64,000 nucleotides of DNA from Lama glama (taxonomy: Eukaryota): contig CM052837.1 of NCBI GenBank assembly GCA_028534125.1, positions 36,704,001 through 36,768,000 of the forward strand. The letters run 5' to 3'. A model generated the notes under the pieces. That model did not search any database. It had not been told where the DNA came from and saw nothing but the letters and a program-made list of their open reading frames with translations. Within the stretch, counting starts at the first letter, position 1; each line of letters starts with the position of its first letter. Shown here in pieces: positions 1-12,500 of this stretch. The position numbers and the translations under genes are program-made.

Positions 1-2057
1 CTGGGTCTGCTCAGCCCAGCCTTTCTCCCTGCTGTGGAGGGACGGAGGGAGAGGCCTCTCGGTCAGACCCCCATGTCGCTGACTGCCCTGCATCAGGACC
101 TGCTGAGCAGGGCTGGCAGACACTACTTGGAAATCCTTCGCAGGTTGCTTCCCTTTTGGGGGGCTATGATCTAATCCATGGTTCCCTGGGTATGTCCCCC
201 CCACCCCTGGCAGGTGCTGGGCAGGTCCCAACCCAGTGCCTCCCTGCCACCGTGGTGAGGTGGCCGGGTGTCTGGAGGTCAGGCAGGAGGAGGGCCGTGT
301 GGTTGGCGGTCTTGGGGATGGTGCTCTGTCCTGTTAGCCGGATTCTGAGTGACCCCGCTGGGAGAGCCTGGCTCTCCCTGGGCCTCTGGTGGGGCCTTGA
401 TGGACAAACCCACAGTTGCAGTGGGCTCTGGTCTGGCTTCCAAACAGAGAAGGTTCCTCTGCTCACTGTGAAGTCCAAGGCGACTTAGGGAGCTTAGTGT
501 TATCTCCCTGACACCCTCAATCTAGGAGTCTCTGTGAGTGTGAGCCTGTTGCCAGGGCAGCACAAGCTCATAGCTTCGCGCACTCATGCCCTGGATCGAG
601 TCCTCGCTTCCCGAGGCCTCCCTGAGTGCTACAGGCAGGGAGCGGGACAGAGCCTGGGCCCGGGGGGACCCAGCGGACTCCGCTGGGCTGTGCTCCGCTT
701 CCTCCGTGGCTTTGTCCAGCTGGAGTGTGGGCAGGGACGCCCTCCGGAGCCTCCTGTTGGCAGCCGTGGCAAAGGGCCCGTCGTTCGCTTCTGGAGGGAC
801 ATAGAGAATAAGCCTCAGGACCTCTGGGCCACTTTTGTTCCTGAACATGTGACCTCGGCGTGGTTGTGGTGGGCGTGGGTGTCGACATCAGCGCAGGGCC
901 CCCATCTTCATCATGACAAGTAATCAGACAGGCCCCCCCAAGATTCCGACCCAAGAGTGGGAGGGAGGCACCAGCTCAGGCCTCAGGTGAGCAGAGTTAC
1001 TCATTGGATCCAGGTCCTGCAGGGGGAATGGAAGCCAGCCTGGCTGCTGGCACGCTGGGCCCAGGCCTTTCCCGCCGTAGGCTGGTCCTGGGGACTCTTT
1101 CCGCTGGTGCCCTGAGTCAGCCTTCAGCCCTCCGTCCTCACACATCCCTGTTCCCCTTGGTGACCACGCCACAGCCCTCTTTCCACCAGCATGACACAGA
1201 ATTAGCCTCTTGGACCACATTTCCGGGGGTGGGGAGGCACGTTCACAAACCACATGCCTTTCACAAAAGGCGCACACTCACCATGTGGCCAGGTGAGGCT
1301 GGCTGCAGGCCAGCACTGTGCGGGGCCTGCTGACCAAGGCCCAGGAGGGTCAGCTTATTGCTGTAGAGTGTCACAGGCTCCCAGGCTGGGGGCTTCCAGC
1401 AGGTTCTCTCATCCCATGCAGCTGGGCGCCCCATAAACACCCTAATCCACGGGGCTGTTTTTTCTCAATGGCTTTTTTATCCAGCAAGTCCTGGTGGCCC
1501 CTCCACCCTGAGTACCGAGGGCTTGGGCTGGGCTGGGCTGAGAGCAGTGCCCCTGCCCCACCTGGGCTTGCTCCGGACCCTTGCCTTTGCCCTGGGATCT
1601 ACCACGTGGCACATGCTGTGCCCTGGTATTTGGACCCATGGGCCTAAGAGGCCACCTGGGAGTGGCGGAGCCCAGCCTGCGCCTGGAGAAGGCCCACCAT
1701 GTGGACAGAACCCACTCCCTGGTGCCCCCAAGCCCCGGGAGGGCCTCTGCCAGTCTGCTCACCCCGCCCTCCCACACCCTGGGTTCAGCCGTGGAGACAG
1801 GGTGGGAACGGGAGCATGCAGACAGCGGGACACTCCCCATTCCCAGGGGAGGGACAGGTCTTTCCAGGTCTTTCCAGGTCTTCCTCAGACAATCCTTCAT
1901 TGTGGGCCTCCATGCAAAGCAGCCAGCTTCCCGCCCATTCACCTGTGTGTGGTCACCAAGTATGCAAATTAGGGTGTGCCGGGCCCCCTGGGGCCTGCCT
2001 CCCAGGTCCCTGTTCTATAAATAGCTTTAAGCCTCATCTGCAAAAAGTGAGAGCCCC

Positions 2058-2100
2058 TTCACTCACTCATTCACTCACTCACTCACTCACTCACTCACTC
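2058..2100. repeat. (TCAC)n tetranucleotide microsatellite
   Basis: About 10 units of tcac/tcat. Confidence 0.85.
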
Positions 2101-3774
2101 GGAGGCCCCAGAGGCCATGTGGGGAGGGGCGGGGCGGGGGACTGGGAGGGAGGGAGGGAAGGGCCGAGGGGGCTGGCGGTGCCTGAGCCGGTGGGGGGGG
2201 TGCTGCCATCAGGGTGTGGGACATGGCACAATGCTGTGTCATTGGCTGGTGGCCTCAGCATGATCAGGTCAGCGAGGCGGGAGTCTACTGGCTGGAGCCT
2301 AAGGAGAAAGGAGAAATGAAACCTGGGTTCTCCCCTGGCTGCCAAGTTCCCAGTGGGGCCAGGAGCGAGCCTGGGAGCACCCCTAGTGTGAGGAAGGGCC
2401 CCACCTGCTCCATCCCCAGCCTCAGGCCTCCCAGGGGCGTTTGCTGGAGCTGGAGCTGGGACTACCTCTCAGGAAGCAGGCCCAGGAGGCCCAGGGGCCG
2501 CCACCGGAGGCTTAAAATATTACTCTCTACTCTTTGTAATCCTGCATGCCTCCCACCTGCTACCCTTGGCAGACAGCCTTCAACTAGGAGACAAATAAAT
2601 GCACAGGACCTGTGTCAGCGTCTAAGAAGTGGGCAGTGCTAAGCGTATGAATATTAAAATCCTTTCAGTTCCTTGTTGAAACTACGTCTGGATTCTTGCA
2701 GGTGGTGGTGGTGAGCTATCCACATGGGGCCCCTGACGGCTCCCAGGGCAGCGGCAGTGGGGGGCTTGTGAGGATGTGAGGAGGGGGGAGGGGAAAGCCC
2801 TGGATTTCTTTGCACAGACACCCAAGGCTCAGCTGATGGGCCAGGCCCCTCGGGAGCTGGAAGAAACCCATGATCTCCTGCTAAGATAGCTTGACACACA
2901 CAGAAGTGCACGCACACGCTTGCACACGTGCGCACACATGCGAGCCCTCTGGCCCGCCCTGCTGAGGCCCCAGGTGCAGAGCTGCTGGCCGGAGGCCCCA
3001 GGGTACACATTATCCCTGCTGCTAATCACCCTGCCTAAGCCCGCAGGCTCTGACTCTCCCAAGGGGGCGGGGAGGGCCTCTGGCAGTAGGGGTGACTCCC
3101 ATGGACCCCTCCTCCTGCTGCCATCTGGCCAGGGACAGGCGGGAGGATGGGAATTTTGTCTGTGCTTCTCAGGCCAGGAAAGCCGTCTTAGGCTTCATCA
3201 GAGCTGCTCCTGGCCTCCGAAGTCCCCCAACGAGGTCAGAGTGGAGCAGCAGGGAGGGCACTGCCCAAGGGCCATCACCCCCCTCCGCCCCCTGCAGGGA
3301 GCCCCTTCCTGCTGCCCTCCTCTTTGGGGTCACGGGGCTGGTGCGCCTCGAAGACCACGGGGATCGTGCCCAAGTCGGTGGTGACAGTTGTGTCTGTAAC
3401 GTGGGGGTGCCCTCGATGGGGATGTCATGGTCTGTCATGCACAGAAGGGGCTCAGCGGCAGTGCTGGCGTGTCCTGTCAGGTGCCCCTGCTCTGAAGCCC
3501 TGCTCCGAGCGGCATGTCTCTTGCCTCCGGCTCTCTGCTGCCTGCGCTGTTCTGATGTGCAGTCAGGACAGTCTGCTGCTGGCTCTTAAATGACAACCTC
3601 CGTGTAGGGGGCAGGGAGCTCCTTGCGGACGGGGTGGAGTCTGGGGGTCCCCAAGCCCGCCGCCCAGCACAGGCCTCGCCCAGCAGGTGCTGGCCTTGGA
3701 CGACCTGCTGCATTGGGCAGGGTTCTCGGGGAAACCCAGCCACAGGAGATCCCTGGATGGACAGCTCTGTGAAG

Positions 3775-4145
3775 AGGCTGATCTAAGAACTCAGCACACG
3801 TGAGTCTGGAGGCTAGAAGTTGTGAGATTTCCTGCCTGCATCTGGAGACCCAACAAGGATGAAGTTGTGGTTCGCGTCTGAAAGCCAGCAGCCTTGAGAC
3901 CCAGGAAGAGCGATGCTTCGTTTCGAGTCTAGAGGCAGGAAACGCTGACGTTCAAAGGCAGTCCCGCAGGGAATTCGGGGATGGGTCTGCTTTTGGTGCT
4001 ATTCAGCCCTTCAGCTGATTGGATGAGGCCCACCGGCACTGAGTCTACCAATCCAAAGGCTAATCAAGTCCACACTCCTGGCAGTTTGCCCAATGTCCAG
4101 GCACCCTGGGGCCCACCAGATGGACAGGTAGACTCCACCATCACG
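3775..4145 (-). mobile_element. MLT2-type ERVL solo LTR relic
   Basis: Diagnostic segments cttgagacccaggaagagc, cccttcagctgattggatgaggcccacc and terminal ccatcac; resembles recalled consensus. Confidence 0.7.
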
Positions 4146-7100
4146 CTGCTCTGGGTTCTGAGGCCGTGGACCCTGCAGAGGAAGGGAGGGAGGAGATGCC
4201 AGGAGATAGATGCCAACGGGGCTTTCGGGTGAGGATGCCTATGGACTGGACCTGGGATGCTGGCAGGAGCTGCCCGTCCCTCCTGCAGTGCGGTTCCCAC
4301 CCCAGGGCTCCCCAGTCCCCCACCTCCCATCTCCTGTACACACCCTTCCTCCACCATCTGGCTGAGGTCACCCGGCTCCTCCACCATCAGCCAAGCCTGA
4401 GAATTCAGGTCCCCAGGAGAGAAGCCCGCACCTTGGATCAGGCCGCATGAGCAGGTGGGAAGCAGATACACCTTCTTGCCAAAACCACTTCCAAGTGGGG
4501 GGAAACCGTGGGCCATGGGGGCAGGCTCACCGGGCCCCCAGAAGAGGAGCTGGAAGGGCAGGCCCGACTCCCTCCCCTGGCCCAGCTGCGGGGTCCTGTC
4601 CTCATCCTCATCGGAGGAGTCAGGTGGCTTCTGTGTACTGCTGCCGCTGGACTCTCCAGCCCCGTCACCTGTGTCTTGGCGGTGGGGGCCTGAGACAGAT
4701 GAACACAGGGCTGCCAGCCCAGCCTTAACAGGGATCAGCTGTCATGAGCCAGGCCACCCACAGGGAAGTTAGCCATCAAGTCACCCTCTCCCAGCTGAGC
4801 CACATGGAGGCCAGCTCTGGCCACCTCAGAAGTGGGTCCAGGATAGGGTTACAGCCCCAGGCCCAGCAGCGTCGTCCGGAGGGAGCTGATGACCAGGAGA
4901 CCCAAACAGAGCGGCTGGCTGCGCCCGCCCAGCCCACACCCAGTGTCTGCGTCGCCGGACTCAGCCGCTGCGGCCGAAATGCCCTCCGCGGGTGTCAGGG
5001 GCTCTTCTGCGGGCCTGTTTCTGCACAAACCTTTGCCTCGAGATGAAGTCCTTGAGCCACACACGCAGCAAGCTGTCCTTTAAGTCCGGGGCAGGCGTCG
5101 ACATGACCATCTGTGCGTTCACTTCTGGAGCAGTCTCCTAACACAGTGCACGACCAGCACACGTTGCCCAGATGCGGCCACATAAGATCTTGATACAAAC
5201 TCAAGAACTTCCTCCTGAAGACCCGTGAACATGGGACGGTCCTCGTGGTTGAGATGCCAAGTGTCCCACAGCCCCAGACCCAGGATTCGCCACTGCCCGT
5301 GGACGGAGGGGACGTTCCAGGCACCCCTGGCTCCACATGGCAAGTGTTTCCGCTCACCCTTCCTCGCACCTCGGGGCCTGCGTCACCGGGAGGGCCCAGC
5401 CTTCCACTTTCCAGTCAAGACGCCGCTGATGAGGGCAAAATCCCTCCAGAGACAGAATTCCAGCCTTCCCCCGGGAACACAGTCCGTGGAGCAGAATCTG
5501 GGCGTATAGGAGGTTGGACAGGCGCCGCCCCCCACGCTGCGGTGATGGAGGGTTGGGGCTGGGTCCATACTCAGGCTGTTGTGTCCTGGCCGTCAGAACC
5601 GCTCCCAACGGACCCAGGGAGGCGGACGCAGGGCTGGCGGGCCCGAGTCGCACCGTTTACATCCTGTCCTGTGGGGGCTGTGACCACCTGTCACCAGTCT
5701 GCAAGTCGACCGGCACGTGGGGTGTGTGACTGCAGGCTGCGCTCCCTGTGTTTCTGTTGGGGAGCAGAGCCCGCGGTTCTCGTGCACCTGCCCCTGATGT
5801 GGAGCTGTGGGACCGCCCACCGCCAGGCGTTCGTGTCTTGAGGGATTTATTTTCAAATAGGAAGGACTCTGTTTCTTCGCGGCCATCCGCGCCACGGGAG
5901 CTCAGCGGTCTGGCCGCCTTGTGGTCCCTGACGTGGACCTGGTCCTTCCCGTCCTGTCGTGACCCCGCATCTCTCCTGCTCGGGGCTCGCCGGGGAGTTA
6001 AGCCCAGAGCTGGGGGCGGGCTGAGCAGGTGCTCAGGTGTGCAGCTCGCTGCCTGGGCTGGCTCCCACCACCAATAACAATCCAGCCGGTGCTGACCCTC
6101 AGCCCCAACAGGCCACTGGACGGCCTCTCTGAGCCCCCACTGCCACGCGACCTGGTTTGGGGCGCCCTCCCTTTGAGGGGTCGACCTCAGCCCTGGAGCG
6201 GGATCCCTGCTGCTTTTGTATGTGCACATCAACCCGGGCGGCCCCCGGGCCAACTTAAGCCTTTTCCATGTTTCTCCATGCTTCTGTGTCAGGAGTCCGT
6301 CGGAGCTGCGGGCAGGTGGGAGGCAGAGCCATTCCTGACCCAAGGCCCACGCTTGGCGCCTTGCCCTCCGCTGCTCCCCGCGGCCTGCATTAAATGTGCG
6401 CGCGGGCGCCATCTGGGCGGCAGCTGCCTCAGTCACTGGTCTGTGTGTGCGGGTGCAATGCTTCTTGTTCCTCGGGGAAGCCTTGGCACTTCCTCTCGGC
6501 TCCTCCCTGGGCACCTTCCTTCTGCCTCCCTCGCTCCCGGGCCTGGCGTGCCAGGGTGCACGGGGGCGGGGGCGCTGCAGTACAGCTCTGGGCGTGGTCA
6601 CAGGCCCCGGGAGGGCCCGGGTGGAATTTTTGCTGTCCAGGCTTGGCCTCCAGATATGGTCTCTGATAGTCTGCCAGTACAGTTTCCAAAGTAAACAGTC
6701 GGCCCCGGGTGTAAATGCCACACAACTGGCCACGGTTCTTTGAATAAAATGTTGGCAAGGACAGCCATGACTTGCACACTTGACTCTGAAGCCAGACCGT
6801 GTGGTCTCGGCCTCCCTGGCCCTGGCTGGGAGACTGCTGCCCTGCTGGGCCCACTTCCCTGGCCTGTAAGACGGGCTGTGGCACCTGCAGCACCCACACG
6901 GCCTGGGCACACGTGATGTCGGTGTGATGTCGGCATGAGGATGGAGCTGACAGGGCCGGGAAGTGGGATGCTTTGAAGCCTGCTGTGGCATTCATGCCCA
7001 CGGCCTGGCCCCGGGGGAGCCCAGGGAGGCGCCCAAGTGAGGCTGAAAGGAGCTAAGAGGGCGTGACCTTCAAGTGAACGCAGGAGACAGTGCCAGCCGC

Positions 7101-7189
7101 CTCAGCGAGACGGCTGCGCCGAGAGGACTGGGGAGCAGGCAGAGGTCTGGCAGAAGGACCGGAGCCCCAGCCTCTGAGGCTCAACCCAC

Positions 7190-7745
7190 AGAAAGCCACA
7201 AGCTGGGGGCTTAAAACCACAGAACTTTATCCCCCCAATTCTGGAGGCCAGAGTCTGGAATCAGGGTGTCGGCAGGGCTGCCCTCCCCCTGGAGGCTCCG
7301 GGGTGGGTACTTCCTGCCTCCCCCAGCCCCTGGTGGCCCCAAGCACCCTTGGCTTGTGGCCACATCACCCCAGTCTCCTCCTCCATCATCACGTGGCTTC
7401 TCTTCTAAGGACACGGTCATGGGACTTGGGTCACATCCCAAGTCAGCATGTCCTTATCTCAGATCACTGATCACATCTGCAAAGGCGCTTTTTCCAAAGG
7501 TGATGCTCAGGGTCATGTGCACATGTCTTTGTGAGGGGCCCACCGTTCTCCCCCTTGAGTCCCCAGCGCAGGGCCCAGCAGAGCGGGGCTCTGTTACTGG
7601 TTCCCTGAAGGACTCAGGCCCGCCCTCGTGACCTCATTTCACATTAGGCACCTCTTCAGAGACCCTGCCTCCGAGTGCCTCACATTCCGTGGAGCTGGGG
7701 CTTGGGCTTCCAACCCGGGGAGTGGGGGGCACAGCTCAGCCCTTA
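7190..7745 (-). mobile_element. MLT1-type MaLR LTR relic(s)
   Basis: gggggcttaaaac..ttctggaggccag..gtcggcagggc..ccttggcttgtggc..taaggacac..catctgcaaag; a second fragment at about 7595-7745. Confidence 0.75.
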
Positions 7746-8755
7746 GCGAGAGGTGACCTGAGGAGTGTGTGGAGGTCTGCAGAAGGCCCTCATAGAGGGC
7801 CTGGGGCTGCAGGTCCAGCCAGACCAGGTGTTTCCTATCACAGCGACTGGTGTATTTCTGGTGGGAAAACCCGTGTTCTTCCTCTCAAGGTGCAGAGTGT
7901 TTGTTGCCACCTGGGTTCCCAGGCAGCCATGGAACCTGTTTACCTGGCAAAAGGCACGGCCCTTTCTAAAAGGTGAGGGGTGCTGAGGACACATCGGAGC
8001 CCCGGGAGCCTCGGGACATGGTGGCTTCTCAGCCCGCCCCAGCTGCTTTGGTCGACGGGACGGGAGTGGGAAGTGATGGCCCAGACAGGGCAGCAGAACA
8101 GGCTGGGCGGGGAGGCTGCGGGAAGTTGGAGTGTTGGCGCGACTTCTCGTTAACCTGTCCATGGGGCTGCAGACCGCGGCTCTTTTAGCATCTTCAAAGA
8201 CCCGCCACGGGTGAGGCCCAGCGCCGACCAACACTTCCACCCGTGCCGACCAACACTGCTGCAACCCCAGGGACCCATTCCCCACACCCTCCACACTCCG
8301 CACTAGGATGGGTTTCCTTTAAAGCTAAAGAGCCCAGAAGCCAGCAGGCTGTGAGTTTCAGGGAGAATCGAGGCTGGGCTGGTGCCCAGGGCAGAGAGCT
8401 GCCCACTTGGGGAGGTCCCTCAGGTGCTGTCAGCTCATGGGCTGCGGGGACAGTGCAGGTTGGGTGGTCCAGGGGCTCACACGGCGTCCAGCCAGGTCCT
8501 GCTCATCTCTCCGCGTGTGGCCTCGCTCAGGCAGGCTCTGCCCTCCGACCAGGCCAGGCTGCCCTGAGTATGCGGCTATGGGTTCAGGGAGGGGGCTGAT
8601 CAGGAGCCCGACCTTGGCAGGCTGGGCCCCAGGCAGGCAGAGCCGTCGGCAGCCAGCTGGAGCCCAGGTGGAAATGCTCACAGGACTTCCTCCCACAGAT
8701 CGAGCCGGCTGCTGGGATCCCAGGCGTGGCCGTCGTGGTCTCACCCTCAGTGGAA

Positions 8756-9557
8756 ATGGGGGACAAGCCCTTCGTCTCGATGCCGAAGCTGGTCTCTTCT
8801 GGCTCACCCTCGGCCGCCAATGGCAGATGTGACCACTTGCCTTCCAGCAGGCGGGCGTCCCTCGGCTCGCCCTTGGGCCACGGTGCCCTGTGCCCTGCCG
8901 CCCACAGCCCCCTGGACTCCAGCAGCCAGCCGCTGTGCCAGCCGCGGGCCGAGAAGTGCGCGCCCCGGGCGGCCCAGGAGGTGCACTACGTGGCGGCGGG
9001 GCAGCCCGGCGAGGCGTGTGGCTGGCGGGCCTTCGCCCCCGCGTGCCTGCAGGCCTTCAACACACCCCGGGGCTTCCTGCTGTTCCTGTGTGCGGCCTCC
9101 TTCCTGCAGGGAATGACGGTCAACGGCTTCATCAACACCGTCATCACCTCCATCGAGCGGCGCTACGACCTGCGCAGCTACCAGAGCGGCCTCGTCGCCA
9201 GCTCCTATGACGTGGCCGCCTGCCTCTGCCTCACCTTCGTCAGCTACTTCGGGGGCAACGGTCACAAGCCCCGCTGGCTGGGCTGGGGCGTGCTGGTCAT
9301 GGGCGCCGGCTCGCTGGTGTTCGCGCTGCCCCACTTCACCACAGGCCCCTACGAGGCGGAGGTGGACGAGGCCGTCGGGACATGCGGGGCCAACCGCAGC
9401 GTGGCGTGCAGGGACCACACCTCCAGCCTGTCCCACTACCGGCTGGTCTTCATGCTGGGCCAGTTCCTGCACGGCGTAGGCGCCACGCCCCTCTACACGC
9501 TGGGAGTCACCTACCTGGACGAGAACGTCAAGTCCAGCTACTCGCCCGTCTACCTCG
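8756..9557 (+). CDS. SLCO4A1: SLCO4A1 first coding exon (exon 2); likely acceptor gives exon start 8699, ATG at 8756
   Basis: [12 protein letters not shown]...[15 protein letters not shown]; acceptor cttcctcccacag|, Kozak gaaATGg, donor G|GTGAGT. Confidence 0.93.
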
Positions 9558-12500
9558 GTGAGTGGGTGGGTGTGATGGCGGTGACACTGGCAGGGCACCT
9601 ACACAGAGTCTGGCTCCGTCCAAGCCCCCTTACATGCATTTCCCTGTGGGCCACATGTGGCCAGATGTGGCCCCGGCACTCCTGGGTGAGGTGGCAGGTG
9701 AGCACTGGTCTGCGTATCACCTGGACGCCTCAGATGGCGGGGGGGTGCTGACCGTTGTGATCCCTGGGAGCGTCCTGCAGGGTCCGGGGTGCAGGGAGCA
9801 ACTGGGCACAGGGTCGGCTGGTGACTGGGCTGCAGAGCTGGGCGCTGCCACGCCACCCGCAGGGGCTGGGCTCAAGCCTTACGCCGCCCCAGACCCTCAT
9901 GTTTATCCGGGGTGCGATTTCTGAGTTTCCAGCCTCGTGCTGGCCACTCCCCGAGCCCCTCCTGGAGGGCAGCTCTCCCGAGGCAGGCACTCAGGGCCGG
10001 TCAGGAGCCTTGGCCGACGCTCCAGCCCAGCCGGACTTTGCCAGCGGCCCCTGCTTCCTCGTGTCCACCTGATCTCCGCTCACCTGAGTCACTCAGTGGT
10101 TGCCGTCCTGGGGACTTCGGGGCACTGGGGTCGCAGGGAGCCTGTGCTGCTGCCCGGTGCTGCCTCAACCTGCAAAGCGAGGCTCTCTGGAGCTTTGCTC
10201 TTTCGAGGAGGGAAGAGTCCAAATGATGCCTGCGGTGGCTTTGAGGGAAGTGTTTTAAAGACACCTTGAAGGGTTGGCAGCAGCCAGGTGTCAGACGCAG
10301 CGGAGGCTGCCCAGGGAGAACCCCGACGTGAACGGTCTGTGCCGGGAGCAGGCGTGGAGGCGCAGAGTACGGGGGCTTCTCTGAGGTGGGCCGGTGCGGC
10401 TGCTGCGTGTCAGACGCCTGTGAGCCCCCGGGCAGCGGCGCAGGGCGCAGCTGGTTCTCACCGACTCCACTTCCCTTCCAGGCATCTTCTACACCGCGGC
10501 CATCCTTGGCCCGGCGGCTGGCTACCTGGTTGGAGGAGCCCTGCTGAACATTTACACTGACATTGGCCAACGGTGAGCGCCCTGGGCTCTAGCGCAGACT
10601 TCTCGCCCCGTAGAGAACACGCCCCACTGTCCGTATGGAGGGACCGCGGCCCAAGCAGGGGGCGGTCCTGGTGGCCTCGCTCCGGTGAACCTGGGAGGCC
10701 CTGGGCGGCCTGGGGGAGGGGACAGCGTAGATGGACGTCCTCTCCCAGCCGGTGAGACCAGGCCACGACCGCTCTAAAGCCCTTTGCAGAACCAGAAGAG
10801 GATTTTCCTGTCTCCCATGTGAGATTCTTCTGTCACGTTTTGCCACACCACGCAGTTCCCCCGTTCTCTCTGGACACCGGCTGAGTGTCCCCAACTCAGC
10901 TCAACCTGACACTGAAATCCTGGAGTCCGCTCAGACCCCCGAAGTGAAGGGCAGTCCCACAAGACCACCCCCACTTCAGACGCCAGCCACAGTGGTGGGT
11001 CACAGCGACCCACACTTCCGTCCACCGTGGCTGCAAATCAGAGGTTCCCACAACCCCTCTTTGGGTTCGGAAATTTGCAAGAACGGCTCTCAGAACCCAG
11101 GAGAGCACAGGACTCCCTCGACCACCAGCTTATGAGACAGAACAGAATTCAGGAGCAGCAGGCGGAGGGGGCGGATGGGAAGGGGCCGGAGCTCCCACGC
11201 CCTCTCCAGGCGCTCCGCCCCCCCACCTCCGCGTGCTCCCCTGGAGGCTCTCCGAACCCCGTCACCCTGTGTTTGTGGCAGTGTCACTTGGGCTTCAGTA
11301 ACTGACTTACTGGCCGTTAGCGGTCAGCAGCCTCCCTGGAAGCGGGGCTGGGAAGTCCAAGCTTCTCGCCAGGCACACGGCTGGCCTTTCTGGTGGCCAG
11401 GCCCCTCTGAGCCCCCTAGGGGCCTGCCAAGAGGGCCGCATCACAGTAAAGGACCCCCTATCACCCAGGGGACTCCAAGGGAGTTAGTGTGCAGGTCAGG
11501 GTCGCAGGGGCCCTCTGTCCCCTGAGCTTCGTGAGGCCAGGGCTGCAGCTCCGCTTTGGGGTGCACTCCTCGCCTGCTCTTGCTGGGAAAGCCCGCCCCT
11601 TCAAGGCCCCAGCGCCCCGGGGCCTCACCTCACTGGGGGCAGCCTCTCGGGCCCCAGAGGACGGGGTGGACCTGGGAGTGCGGCAGTCTGCCCTCTGGTC
11701 ACCGGGGCGCATCCCCCTCCACGGCTGTGCCAGTGCCCTGCCCCGCCACTCCCAGACAGGGCAGGGCAGGCACCTTGAGCAGAGCCTCTGGGCTCTGCCT
11801 CTTCTTGACCAGCAAGCGGAGGGGTGCGCAGTGTGTGTGTCCTGGTGCTGTGAGTGAGTCGCTGACCCCCAAGTGCCTCTCCCGCAGGACAGAGCTCACC
11901 ACCGAGAGCCCGCTGTGGGTTGGCGCCTGGTGGGTCGGCTTCCTGGGTGCCGGAGCTGCCGCCTTCCTCACCGCCGTCCCCATCCTCGGTTACCCGCGGC
12001 AGCTGCCAGGTGGGTGCCTCCCGCCCATGGTGTGTGGAAGGCAGGACTCTGTTCCGGGCTCCTCCCCCATCCGCCTCCACCAGCAGAGGGTCCGGGGTCT
12101 TCGTCTGCTGGGCGGGGGTTGTTGCCTTCCTGCAGGGTGACCTGACCCCCGGGCTACCTCTACCCCTGCAACCTCTCCCTGCTCAGGGGCCCACAGAGAA
12201 AGCTGGTTTCGGGGGAGGGGGTGGGGGTCCCTTTCAGTTCCTCCCATTTCCCTCTGGTCCCAGGTTGAGCCCGTCAGGGTCGCTCCCACCTCCCCATCCT
12301 TGCCAGCCCCTCGCTGGCTGGTGCCACGCCCAGCAGGGGGCTTTGGCCCCTGCCCCTCACTGACGTCCGTGTCCTCCCAGGCTCCCAGCGCTACGTGGTC
12401 ATGAGAGCATCTGAAACACACCAGGTGAAGGAGAGTGGCCACAAGGCGACTAGCAACCCTGACTTCGGGAAAACCATCAGAGACCTGCCTCTGTAAGGAC

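Noticed and set aside
1855-1885. Short tandem duplications (10-bp here; also about 6913, 8223, 13755, 56195) as a CRISPR-like array
   Set aside because: Only 2-3 units with no spacers; ordinary slippage in a mammalian genome.
5657-6991. 444-aa minus-strand ORF and overlapping ORFs
   Set aside because: Pro/Arg/Ala/Gly-rich with no recognisable domain; long ORFs are expected in GC-rich non-coding DNA.
8804-9598. 264-aa antisense ORF over SLCO4A1 exon 2
   Set aside because: Shadow of the very high GC3 sense codons.
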